Source of the DNA: Basidiobolus meristosporus CBS 931.73 | Taxonomy: Eukaryota > Fungi > Basidiobolomycota | Direction: 5' to 3' | Assembly: GCA_002104905.1 (NCBI GenBank) | Contig: MCFE01000002.1 | Coordinates: 186,001-250,000, forward strand | DNA: 64,000 nt | Part shown: piece by piece, positions 48,309-61,087 of the stretch | How the letters are laid out: every line of letters begins with the position of its first letter | Numbering within the stretch: position 1 is the stretch's first letter | Program-made: the position numbers and the translations under genes | The notes under the pieces: generated by a model | Database searches by the model: none | What the model saw: the letters and a program-made list of their open reading frames with translations, nothing else | What the model was told of the DNA's origin: nothing

Positions 48309-51300
48309 ATGTCTGATCAGGAAGATTGGGATTGCCCCCTATGTATGGAGGAGCTGGACATTACTGAACGTAATTTCAAACCGTGCCCTTGTGGATACCA
48401 GGTGAGGAGATTCCGCCACATTAGACCTTGCTGAAAAGTTTTTAGTTGTCCGATTAGGAGCAAGCCCAGTCTATCTACCACGCATTAAATGTATTACTTG
48501 GTTATATATAGATTTGCCGTTTTTGCTGGCATCACATCAAAGAGGAGCTGAACGGTAAATGTCCAGCTTGCCGTCGTACTTATTCTGATGAAAATGTACA
48601 ATTCATCCCCATGACGCCATCTGAGTAAGTCTTAGCTTTTAGCCTAACCGAAATTCCCACCATCGTAACCTTATTTGTCCCCTAGGCTCAATCGCATGAA
48701 AGCGGAGAGTAAAGCAAAGGATCGGGCAAAGAAGGAAATCGAAAGTATGAGTCGTAAGCATTTGGCCAATGTGCGTGTTGTCCAGAAGAGTCTTGTTTAC
48801 GTAATTGGCCTTACTGCCAAAATTACTGAAGAGGTGATTGTTACACTTTACACAAGCTAGAGGGCTTATGAGTATCTTGAATCGCATTCTGAATGCCAAT
48901 TTTGTCAAATAATAGATGCTACGGTCATCGGAGTTCTTCGGACAATACGGAAGAATTAGCAAAGTGGTTATCAATCGTCGTCATGCTCAAAATTCAACTA
49001 GCACTCATCCTGGCCAAAGCCCTACCGTTGGTGTTTATATCACATATGCTCGACGGGAGGATGCTGCTAAGGCTATTAGTGCGGTGGATGGAAGTATGTA
49101 CAATGGCAGAATGCTAAGGTAATTGTTGTATTGATACAGCCAACAGAGATCCTGAGATCCCCAACTGATCAACTTGACTGTACACCAGAGCTGCTTATGG
49201 AACCACCAAATATTGCACATACTATTTGCGAAACCTACCTTGTCAGAATCCTAACTGCATGTATTTACACGAGCCTGGAGAAGAGGCCGACACTTTCACT
49301 AAGGAAGACCTAGCTTCAGGGTATTACGAGTCTCTTCGAGCTTTGACATTCAGGATATTAATTGAGAAATGTTCTATGCAGAAATCATTCATTCAGCGAC
49401 CAACATCAACAGCTTGAACACTCCCCTAAACCACCTACACTTAATGTCCATTCGAATGTGGCGTCAGCTCCGACCAACGGGTATCCATCACCACGAAAGA
49501 CCGAAGCTCCTGTGGCTATACATCGTTCTGAGAGTAAATCTAGTGACCATGACGGAGGTTTGAATGTTGAAAAAATCTCATCATTTACTAGCTACTAACC
49601 TTGGCTTTCAGGCTCTGCGTTACCCGCCACTGCTTCCTGGGCCAAGTTAGCAAACAAGCCTAAACCCGTTGTTCCAAAAGCTTCCATTTTGAGTCTAGAC
49701 CATTTCCCTCCACCTCTTTCATCTACGAATATCAAGCCCAAGTCAAAGGTGATCACCATCCCTGCCAAGAAACCAGTCAAGACAGAGGATAGCAAAGCTG
49801 AGGGCAAATCGGATCAGAAGAACGGTTCAACACCAAGTGCTCCATCTGAGGTGAAGGCACCCAACAAACGCGACCCCAAAGCTGAAGCACCAGGTGCCGA
49901 AAAAGCCACGAAATCGAAAGTCAAGGAGGAAACGAAGCAACCAGCTAAAACTGATACCAAATCAAATGCTGATATCAAGGAGGAGCCCAAGCAACCTACC
50001 AAAAACGATCCAAAAGCAAAGGCTAAACCAGAGGCATCCGTCGATTCTAAAGAACCAGTTAAGGCACCTAACAAAGCTGGGCCTAAAGAGCCATCCAAGG
50101 CGGATGCGAAGTCTAAAGCAACCAGTTCGGATGAAAAGGTTAAAGCAGTCAAAGCAGACCCTAAATCGAAAGCCAAGTCCGAGGCCCCAGTTAATATCAA
50201 GGATGCTGTTAAAGAGTCAAGTAATACTGGATCCAAAGAGTCCGGCAAAAGCGAAGCCCAAACAGAAGCCAAGTCCAGTATTACAGAAGATAAAGCTAAG
50301 GTTCAAAAACCAGCTGAGCCAGGAAGCTAAGAGCAAGAAGAAGTCTGACACTGGTAAATTGGGTCGGGTGCCTTCCCCTGAAGTTAACTCTGGCACTTTG
50401 AATGGAAAAGAGAATGAGAAGAAGGCTTCAAAAGCTAAACAAGAAGCTGAACCTGAAGATCCTCATTCCCCTCCCGCAGTCCCCAAAGCAAAAGAAAGCA
50501 ATGCTTCTAACAAAAAGAACTCACCAAACGACAAAGGAGAGCCTACGCCTGACTCAAAAACTGCTATCCGAAAGAGTAACAACAAGCCTAGTAAATCCGT
50601 TGAAAAGGTTTCGGACGAAGTTCCTAAGATTTCCGACAAAGATAAGACGAGCATAAAATCTGAAACCCAGCCTGAGCCTAAAGTTGAGCGTGAAAGGGAC
50701 AATGCAGTCAATGCTAAAATTGAAGTCGTACCTTCTACATTGGATAGTGTCGAAGTGAAGGATACGCCAAAGCTTGAAAACGAAGAAGCCAAGGCCAACG
50801 AAATACACACGAGCGAGCCTATAGCCATTGCTGATAATGAGAAGGAAGGACATTCCGTAGATCTCAAAGCGGAGAAGAATCAATCACGTGCTCCACACCC
50901 TATTGAGACTGTGCCAATAGCGAAAGTGCAGAGCCTTTGGCAATGGTTGAACCTGAAGCCATTCCAGTAGAAAAGAACTCACCCATCAAGGATGCTGCTA
51001 GCACTGCAGAAATAGGAACAGTTGAGCAACAACCCACGGAACCAACACCCGAGAGCAACCAAAGTGAACATGCCCAGATGTCTAGCGTGCTTGATGAGCG
51101 GATCTCCATGGATGCTTCTAACGTGGGAGTAGTTAAGGAGTTTGTTGAAGCTGTAGACGTGTTGCCTACCTCAAGTGAGCATGAGATTAAGTCAAGTATT
51201 GCTGACGAGGACTTCCAACCTCCTAGTGAAATGAAGCAACTTCCGAGAAGCGATAAAACTCCACTCATTCCTATTATCCAGCCTACCTTTACCCAAGGTA

Positions 51301-52888
51301 CAAACCTGGCTCACATGCGCACAATGGATATAAAGCAATCGCTCTTGGGGGCAATTACCGAAGGAAATCAATTGGTTCAGCATCACCCACCTTCTGATCT
51401 CCAAAGTGGGTTTGACCACATGAGACCAGAGCAACGTACACCACAGCGTAACCAACCTGGAGTATCTTTACCACCTGGCTTTTCGGAGGTATTCTCCGGA
51501 GCGTCACCCCAGCCACCTGAACACTTCATTCATACCCAGAAAGTTGAAGCGTTTGGCATGAGGCCTCTAGAAAACCCGGTCAGCCAGGATTTACTCTCAG
51601 TGCTACGAAATGGTAGACTTGGTGGACTCAATGAAAACCCGGCATCTCCTGAACCTAGCAGGAACGCATCTGGACCTTTGAAATCCGAGATATTCAGCTC
51701 TGGTCTTACACCGACACAAGCACAGAGAAACATTGCGTATGAACAAAGCCTGGCGCGCTCTTCTGAGCAAATGGCCAAGCCTAAGCAATACTCTAAATTT
51801 GGATTCGCCCTTAGTGATGATGAGTCAACTAGCGTCTCATCAAGTGGATTCAACCATTCCTTGGGACACCCAATGTCGCCAAACGCTACCAACAATGCCG
51901 GCAACTACTCCCCCTACACTATGCACCAGTTTAGAAACCAAAGCGGGGGTAATGTTGCCGCCATGCAAGAGGGCTTTCGCGCGTTGTTCCCTAACGTCAA
52001 TGTCAGCTTCAACGAGAAGACTGGGGAAACTAATTACAACCTTGGACCTATGATGAATCTGAATGATCACAGAGGCCCTCCGGGCGAAGACTGGCGATCC
52101 AACTCATTCATGGCACACGAACAACATTTCCCACCGTTTATGGGACAAGGTCAACAGAATCCCCAGTCTCCTATGAGAAATATACCTGGCGGAATGGCTC
52201 CTTCGGGGTACGGAATGTCCCCCATGGGACACCGACCACTCGGACATATGGGGTCATTTGGAATGGAGAACCAGCATCCGGATTACAACAGGCCCGATAT
52301 GGGCATGGCTTATGGACAAGGGATGCAAAGAGACATTCGCTCTCCTCCCCAATATTCTTATTCTAGTAATATACCTTCTTGGAATGACCCTCAGCATCGT
52401 CAAAACAATGACTTGAACCATCCTGAGTACCTGTCACGTCGCCAAGACAGCCATCGCTTTGATATGTCACAGCCAAACCATCAGCTCCATAGAGGCTCCT
52501 CCAGTGCATCGGACTTCTTCAGCGATTTTCTAAAGGCAGCCGCCGAAAAACGGTTAAACGATTCACAGGTCGAGCAATCACGAGGTATTTTATTTTACAG
52601 CAATGTACATCAGACCTTGAGGCTAACGATGTATCACAAGGCACCTCTCTGCCATTCGAAGACCCTGCCATCATGACTGCTCGTATCTCCGAACAGAATC
52701 CGGCGGCATACAACACACAGTCAGGCCAGCATTCGCTTCGGAACATGCGTTCACTCAACCCAAGCGTGAACCTCCTATCTGCCTTCCAGAATGGACCACA
52801 ATCTTCAATGAACTCTGTAAATTTCGGTAAGGGAAATGAAAGTGCAAATCCATTGACAGTCATCGTAGCTGACACATCTATCCCTTAG
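48309..52888 (+). CDS. NOT4: CCR4-NOT E3 ligase Not4/Mot2 (RING, RRM, CCCH zinc finger, long low-complexity tail)
   Basis: CPLCMEELD...FKPCPCGYQ|ICRFCWHHI...CPACRR, RVVQKSLVYVIGL, FGQYGRISK, TKYC...CMYLHEPG; two frame changes at ~50318 and ~50910. Confidence 0.9.
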
Positions 52889-53412
52889 CCCAACCCTCAC
52901 ATCCTCTGCCACAACACTTTGCTGGTTTTCACCAAGCACCCCCCTCATCCCTACCAAACGATTTCTCGCCCAACCATCCAATTCCACCCGCTGCATTCCA
53001 TGCCTCTCAATATCCGTGACAAATCCGGCGCCACTTATAGTCTCTTGGGAGAATTCAATGGAGTTTTTTAATTCGATTCTTATTTTTATTTTTCAGTGCC
53101 TTATCATACATAGATCAATATTTATGACGATGGCCTTTGTCTTCTACCTTAAATTTGCTTCTACATATTGTTTATTTTTTGGCTCCGTACGTTAGTGATG
53201 AATCCTCAACTTAAAATCAACATCTAGATCGTCAACATTAAAGTTCAACGAGAAGTTTATTGAGATATGATACAACTGCTGGGATTTATTACAATCTTTA
53301 AATCAAACAATTCACTCGGTTGAATTTGCTAATCTAAAGCACACTCATTTTGATATAACATACAGGATTATTAATGCGATACTATCGATGCAAGAGGTGA
53401 GTTTGATCAGAA

Positions 53413-53994
53413 TCAATTCCCTTTTCTGAATGGATCAGGGCCAACAATCTCGACTCTGGCCCCGAATCGGATGCCGGACTGATTGGCGCCCTTTGTGTAG
53501 CCCATCTGATGGGTATTGATCACTGACTTGCATCTGCTAAGCTGTTCAGGAGTGAAGTGCACCTCATGTTTGTCAGAGACCTTGGGTCCCAGCAACGGAG
53601 CATCCAGCCCATACTTGACGGCATATCTGGCGAAGGAAAATATGCCATCAACCACCTGACCAGGTGCTTTCTTCTCGTACAGATCGATTGTTTGGAACAG
53701 ATCTACTGAAGGACAGCCAAGTTTCGCAGCGGCGGTCAGAAACTTGTTGATATTTTCCATTTGCTTGAAGGCCAATCTGGAAGTGTTGTACTTTCCTTGG
53801 CCCGGAAATACCTTATCTACCAGTTTGCAAAGAATAACCCCGTCCTGAAGGGATTCCAAAAAGTTTTCGTGGGGCAAGGGTTCGTTGAGTACACCTTCTA
53901 TCCATTCTCGAGCTTGGCGTTCGCGCTCGGGATCGTATTTAGCGGCGATTTTGCGAGCGAGTTCTCTATCGATTCCGTATAAAGGCAAAGACAT
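53413..53994 (-). CDS. SCP1: Transgelin/calponin-like actin-binding protein
   Basis: CH domain (LQDGVILCKL, FKQMENINKFL, DLFQTIDLYE) plus a calponin repeat (QMGYTKGANQSG). Confidence 0.93.
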   Translation of the reverse strand: MSLPLYGIDRELARKIAAKYDPERERQAREWIEGVLNEPLPHENFLESLQDGVILCKLVDKVFPGQGKYNTSRLAFKQMENINKFLTAAAKLGCPSVDLFQTIDLYEKKAPGQVVDGIFSFARYAVKYGLDAPLLGPKVSDKHEVHFTPEQLSRCKSVINTHQMGYTKGANQSGIRFGARVEIVGPDPFRKGN

Positions 53995-54658
53995 GTCAAT
54001 GAGTTGTGAAAAGAGGGTGAAGATTAACGTCTAACAAATTCCATTGCTTATATATGAATGGAAATTGCTTCGCAATGACGCCAAGAACAGCAAAGACGCG
54101 ACTCAGTGGTAAACAAATTAATGATCTAGTAACAACAAATTGAGCCAATCGAAGTCAAATGATGAGGAGATCGACTCGTAAGTGATCATTTCCATTTCTG
54201 GTAACGGGTATCTATTGGCCAGTTTGAGCGATATTGACCACGGAAATAGAACATCACACATTCAGCTGGTTCTCATTTGGGCTCCGTAGTCGATATGCAA
54301 TCTATTAGTCATTGATTGATCCGACGCAATCTGACACTTATTGATGGAGTTTCTCGGCCAATAAATGCCACTCACTTGGTCAGATATTTATCCTGAACTC
54401 CCGGGTCTCCAAAAGGCTTAGCCTAACTAGTAATGCCATGTGTATGGGAAATGCTGTCCAATCGAGTGGATAGCAAGAATGGAAGAAGTTCAAAATGGAT
54501 AAAAACGCCATATCCGTAGGATGAATATATACATGTTCTGGTTCGTATGAGATTGACCATGAGTCGCGTATATTGTTGAAATTGGATGGTGGTATTCAAA
54601 TTCATGACACAATGAGGGTGTGAAGAAGCCATTATAAATTGTAAGTAAAATGAGCAGA

Positions 54659-55207
54659 TTAAATGATGTGATCTCTAGAGCTTAAGAGGACCAAAGTTAT
54701 GAAAGCAACAAACGAAATTCTGGTGTATATTTCCACTTGAATAGAGGGGGAAAGAGAGTGCGAACTGTTGGACCCTGTTGAGACGCCCTGTCCTGGTGCG
54801 GGTTTCGAAGGTGGGAAAGATGAGACGGGTGATTGTGACGCTGGGTTCCCTTGTTGGACAGGGAAAATTTGTGAGTTGTTGTATCCTTGGCAAAGGCTTG
54901 CGGCATCCGCTTCCGCCCTAGGGCGTTCTCCCGTGGAGGCGATATCGCTCTTGCAAAGGTCATAGCAAGTCACTACCGCTTGTTGGTATTGGCACTGACA
55001 AAGGCGTGAATCAGGGAAGGCTATACAGCCTGCTTGTTTCTCGGTATTGGTTCGAACGCATAGCTCCATCACGTTGAAAGCACCGCATAATGGCTTTGTG
55101 GTTCCGGCTGGGGCAACCCCGGTAGTACTGGACGAAGCTAGCTGCCCTTGAAGGCCCGGAACAAAGCAAATCAACGTTGAGATAAAAGCGAGTATTAGTA
55201 CGTACAT
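54659..55207 (-). CDS. Secreted, probably GPI-anchored Cys-rich protein
   Basis: Hydrophobic signal peptide, 8-Cys ectodomain, S/P-rich stalk, hydrophobic C-terminus. Confidence 0.8.
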   Translation of the reverse strand: MYVLILAFISTLICFVPGLQGQLASSSTTGVAPAGTTKPLCGAFNVMELCVRTNTEKQAGCIAFPDSRLCQCQYQQAVVTCYDLCKSDIASTGERPRAEADAASLCQGYNNSQIFPVQQGNPASQSPVSSFPPSKPAPGQGVSTGSNSSHSLSPSIQVEIYTRISFVAFITLVLLSSRDHII

Positions 55208-55753
55208 TTCGGAATAATATCTCGGAGATAAAAATGGGTATTGATGGCTTGAGAGAACAGCTCAAGCGTAGCGTGAGACAAGAGAAGAATGAAGGTGAAC
55301 AAAGTGTCTATCACTAGCTCCGTGCAAGATTATATAACTTCTCGACAAACGACTCGCTGAGCAACATCTCCCTACTTGCAACCCTACCTATGGTGATGAA
55401 CTCAGGGATGCAGCAAGCTAACCTAGCATAGATGAAAAAACGCGCGCAAATCCAAGGATGAGATCAACCAAAGGTGTGTATGCACTTCTTGGTGGTTGCA
55501 TACACTGTTTGCGCTGTTTGCAGATGATGGGTATTCTCCTGACAAGAGTGCCTGCCTATTGGTGTGCATTCATACAGTTAAGCTAATAGAGTTGCTATTC
55601 CTAATAAGGCATCTCGTGGTACCTTGCCCTATGCTGCCATTTCACACATCAAACCAGGTACTCAGCTGACCATACTCAGCTAGCCATGAATACCCTAAGC
55701 TCACCATCAGCTAACCATGAACGCTATGTAAACACAAACTTATTTCAATATAA

Positions 55754-55789
55754 CGCACCAATCCTCGCACCAATCCTCGCACCAATCCT
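55754..55789 (+). repeat. Tandem repeat (CGCACCAATCCT)x3
   Basis: Three exact 12-bp units, each containing CCAAT. Confidence 0.9.
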
Positions 55790-56188
55790 GGCATCAACCC
55801 AACGCCCTAAGTTTGGGGTGTTCAAATGAATGGCCAAAAGCTACACCGCAGATGCTACACTGTTGCCCGTTTATTGCTCCAGAGATTTTGTGATATCATT
55901 TGACCCCATGTTGAGGCCCTTTTCTATTGGTCTCAGTTGGCTTCAATCAATTGCCTCAATGCCCTAGGGGTGCATCTATCTCTCTTGGATTTCCTTTTTT
56001 ATGTATCTAATTCATCTCTACCATTGAAAATTTCTTATTAGAAAAAGCGGGTTCATTGTGATTTTATCTTCCTCTCCTCTCTCTTCGAGGCGAACTTTGG
56101 TCCTTATATATTTATATAGTTCTAATACTTTGTTGGTAACTTCTCCTCCCTGTTATCTTTTCACAGTATTGAACTATTTGGAGTCAGG

Positions 56189-59135
56189 ATGCACCATCCG
56201 AGCTCATCTTCAATCCTACCGACCGTGTGGAGAAATCCCGTCGGCTCCACCCTTCTTAGAAAACACTATCTCCCTTTGAAATTGCTTCGTGCCGCTAGTT
56301 TGGCACCAGGTCTATGCGGCTTTTTGTACAACTTGAAATGCATCTTTGCCACCGGAATGCTCACCTACAAAATCAGTTCTGTTGAATACATCGTCGCTGG
56401 GCTTTGGGTATACCTGGACTTTCTAAAAGATTTTTTGTATCTGGAGACTAAACTGCTTTCATCTCGCTTTACAGTGTTTGCTTACTGCCGCGCTGAACTT
56501 TCGCTTGGTTGAGGCAGTGATGGGCAGGTGGTTGTACAAAGACGAGATGCCCCGAATTGTAAGGAAGACCATCCTGCTGTATATTGCTCTGTGGGGTATA
56601 ACTGCATACGTCGCTTCCAAGCACGCCGCCACGGAGCCCATCTGGACTTGGGTATTGATATCGTTCTTGTCTGCGTTTGCCCTGGTTATAGAATGGTATA
56701 TTAGCTCCCGTGCTAAATCCCAAATATTTAACCAACCACCCGCTTCTTTGAAAACTCTGTTGTGGGCAGTGCTACCAACAATCGCGCTGTTATCGATGCT
56801 TAGTCTAGTGCTGCTGCTTCATGTGAATTCCAATATTCGTTACACCGTCCCTGAAAAGCTACCCGAACCTGCTTTTCACGGTAATCGTAATGTGTCGTCC
56901 TCCGAATATAACAAGAATGCTCAAGTCAGAATGGTGGTGGTGATCATCTCTTCTTGGAGTCAAAGAAGCTTCGAGAAACGCAAAGTGTTCCGTGAGACGA
57001 CGCTTAAGCTGGTGCCGAGAAACTCGCATAGGGTTTCTACGTTGTACAGATTTGTTATAGGACAACCACCGAATTCTGCGGTCCATCAGCAGATGACTAG
57101 TGCTATCGAGCAAGAAATGAAAGAGTACAATGATTTGTTGATCTTACCGTCATCGGATTTGTATGAGGATTTGAGTAAGAAATCTTATAGTGCGCTCGAG
57201 TGGGCGAACAAGGTCGACTTCGACTACTTCGTAAAGACGGACGACGACATTTTTGTTCGGTTTGACACTCTCTGGGAGGAGCTACAGGAACAGCCTCTTC
57301 AAGAATGGTATTGGAGTGGTTTAGCTTATCATGACATCCCACCCATTAAGGACCTGTCCAACAAAAACTCTGCCACCGATTATAACTTGGGCCGATTCCC
57401 ACCATACGTTGCTGGCGCACTCTATGTTTTATCCAAGGATCTGGTTACCCGCATTGTTAGTGATGGTCCCAGACTTTACACGAAAAACGAAGACCAGAAT
57501 CTGGGTTTGTGGCTATATCCCTATAATATTCAGCCTAAACATGATCGCCGTATCCAGCAGAATGATGTATGCGAAGACGATATGATTGCCAAGCACTTCA
57601 GTGACGCGTTTAAGGTTACTCCGGATATGTATGCCATGTACGATAACGTTATCAAAGGTCGCAGACTGTGCGAAGGGTTCAAGCAGTATTTCTGTGCTAT
57701 GTGCTACCCATGTACCGGTCGTGCCACTACCTGGCAGTCCTGGGGCTTCACTTGTGATCGTGTTAGAGGCATCTCTCTTGCCAACCAGCCCGACCCTCTG
57801 AAGATCGAAGATAGCAAGAGAGAGCTATTTGAAGATCCCAACACTATGAACTCCGACGTCAAAGAAACGTGGATCATCCCCGACTTACTGAGCACCAAGA
57901 CTTCTATTTATTCGGACACTCCCGACTGGAGCCTACTTCACTGGGTCATCTGGACTACACCTCCTGCTACTTTCCAAGATCGCCATTTCAAGTGCTTGGA
58001 GTTGGTGTTCGTTCACAACCCCAAAGCAGTGATCTTTGTTCTCTCCAACACGTTACCTCAAAGATTCTTCGATCAATACAGGAGCAACGGCTATCAAATC
58101 CACATTGTGGAGTTCAGCATGGACTTGGTGCTGTCTCGTGGATGGTACTTTGGCCCCAACAGTGAGGGTTGGGTCAAAACGTGGAACAAACCCGACGATA
58201 TGACGCCTATCCGCCAATCTGATTATTTGAGAGCCGTGTGCCTTTACAAGTATGGCGGTATGTACATGGATATGGACGCTCTATGGCTCCAATCTGTTGA
58301 AAATTCGCAAATGGAGTTTGTTGGGTCTGATCTTTCGAAGGTACAAAGCGACAATGAATGGACGCTCGATGACAACGGCAAATACCTTGCCAACGGTGTT
58401 ATGAGGTTCCGTCGTGGCCGTATTATGTTCCGTGAGATGATGGAGAGCGTGTTCAGAGATGAGATCCCGAAGGATTGCTACAACTGTCTCGGACCAAAGG
58501 CCCTTACTTCATATGTTCGTAATAATCGTTATCTGGAGACCAACGGGTTGAATATTTTGGATCGGGAGGTCCTGTATCCAGTCGGTTACTTGGCCGTGAG
58601 CAAGATGTTCAAAGCCGACCCCAATGCTAACCAGCAGATCCGGGATTGGTTCGATAAAACCTGGTCACTTCATTTGTTCGGTAAGATGACCAACATTTTG
58701 CCGATCAACGCGAATAGTGTGGTGGATATCATCTTCCAGAACTTCACTCTGAAAACTACAGAAAAGCTGCCCCATGTTGAGCTTATGGGCCCTAGTGAGC
58801 TCAACATCTCAAAGCCCCCCAAGACTGGAGTACCTTTCCATGGAATCAATGTGATCTTCTTGCGTGGCGGTGCCAATTCCGCCAAGAACTTCAACCTGAA
58901 AATTTCGGTCAATTATGGCACACTTTCCTGGGGGCCCGATCTTCCCAGATGGCTATCGAACTCCATCGACGTTCACAACGTTAACCAAGCGCAAATCAAC
59001 CAGCTTCTCTCGACCATCACGTATCACCCACCGCCCTCTATCTCCATAGCGCCCACGCACGATGTGATTCAAATGGATGTTACGTTTGATGATGTGCAGC
59101 TTCACAAGCAAATCGTCGCCAACGTTGTGGCATAA
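56189..59135 (+). CDS. Multi-domain membrane glycosyltransferase: EOS1-like TM domain + GT31 (Galactosyl_T) + GT32 (DXD) + C-terminal beta domain
   Basis: Intron 56408-56474 joins ...EYIVAGLW|CLLTAALNFRLVEAVMGRW. GT31: YFVKTDDDIFV, PPYVAGALYVLS, NEDQNLGLW. GT32: QSDYLRAVCLYKYGGMYMDMDA, GPKALT. Confidence 0.85.
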
Positions 59136-59712
59136 GATAACCATTCTTGTGTCCCCTTTGACTCTATCTAGCAAGTACCAACCCTACACGAATTTTATCT
59201 TAATGGAGCCGACCTCAATAATTTGAACAGGACTTTCATCATTCCTATTAGATGATCCCTCACCATCCATATATACACCATTTCCAATTATATCGACCTT
59301 TGTTCACTTCTTTATGTATTTTTCTTTCTTTTGAAGATGCTTGTCTCATCAACAATCCTCAAATAATCCATAATATTAACGTATTCTTCTGAATCACACC
59401 GGGATGCTACTCCAGTATTATTACGAATCCAAGCCCAATGATTAGGTAATCACCAGGAGTCGGTTAGTCGGTCATGGATATGTCACATGTACCGGAGATT
59501 CCTAGGCGAACACCCCAGTGCCCCTCGATGATGATGAACCATCGTTTGGTGGCGATATAAGCACTACGAACACAACACAAGACAGATTTTCTTGGGAAAA
59601 ATATCTATTCATAACATTGAACAAATTGAGGTGGAGGAGGGGTTAAACGAAGGAGTGACGAGATTGTGTGGAATATAAATAAACAACACAAAACAGCGAG
59701 ATCGTATGAACA

Positions 59713-60387
<675 letters not shown>

Positions 60388-61087
60388 ATTGTTATATTCA
60401 AAAGTGGGAAAAGATACACAAAAGACAAAAAGTCTAGTACAGACGAATTTGTTTGCTTAATACTGACCGAGAGCAGTGACCCTCGAGCATTCACCAGAGG
60501 TCACCCCTGTTTAAATTTTATTGAAGCCCCTATTGATCCGAACAAGGATAGCCATGATTGAATCGATTAATTTTATTGATATCAGACATCATCCGATATC
60601 GGACCCAACTCTCGGGAAAGTTACGCATGGAACAGGATTATTGGCTCAATACCTGAGATGCTTGGCCAAATCAATCGCCTACTTGACCAGGGAAGAATAC
60701 GTAGACAATTAGCAGGAGATAATCACGAACCCAGGCCATTCCGCTTAAATCCCAAATATCCGAATGCCAAACTGCTTAAATCCCAATTTGGTAAGGGGTC
60801 AGTTGCTGTTGATGAATATGGGATGCGATACGTATATGATTTAGTGACATTGTCAAGAACCAGTTTTACTGATTGGGTAGCCTCACAATTTCATATCATC
60901 TCTAATAGTGTGAGCGCATCGCTAGAAGTTTCTTCATATACCCAAGCATTTTCCCACTCTACTACAGCCTTCCATAAGTTACGCCCGGTGTTCTTAGCAA
61001 GTGTTTCCAATAGAATTCAACGTCACGCCCTAGGTCCACATCTCCAACGCTAAAAGATTAGACTCTAGTCTAGAGACAGTATTTATT

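Noticed and set aside
60658-61053. 131-aa ORF between UBC4 and MKT1
   Set aside because: TTG start, no recognisable motif, and located in a divergent promoter region.
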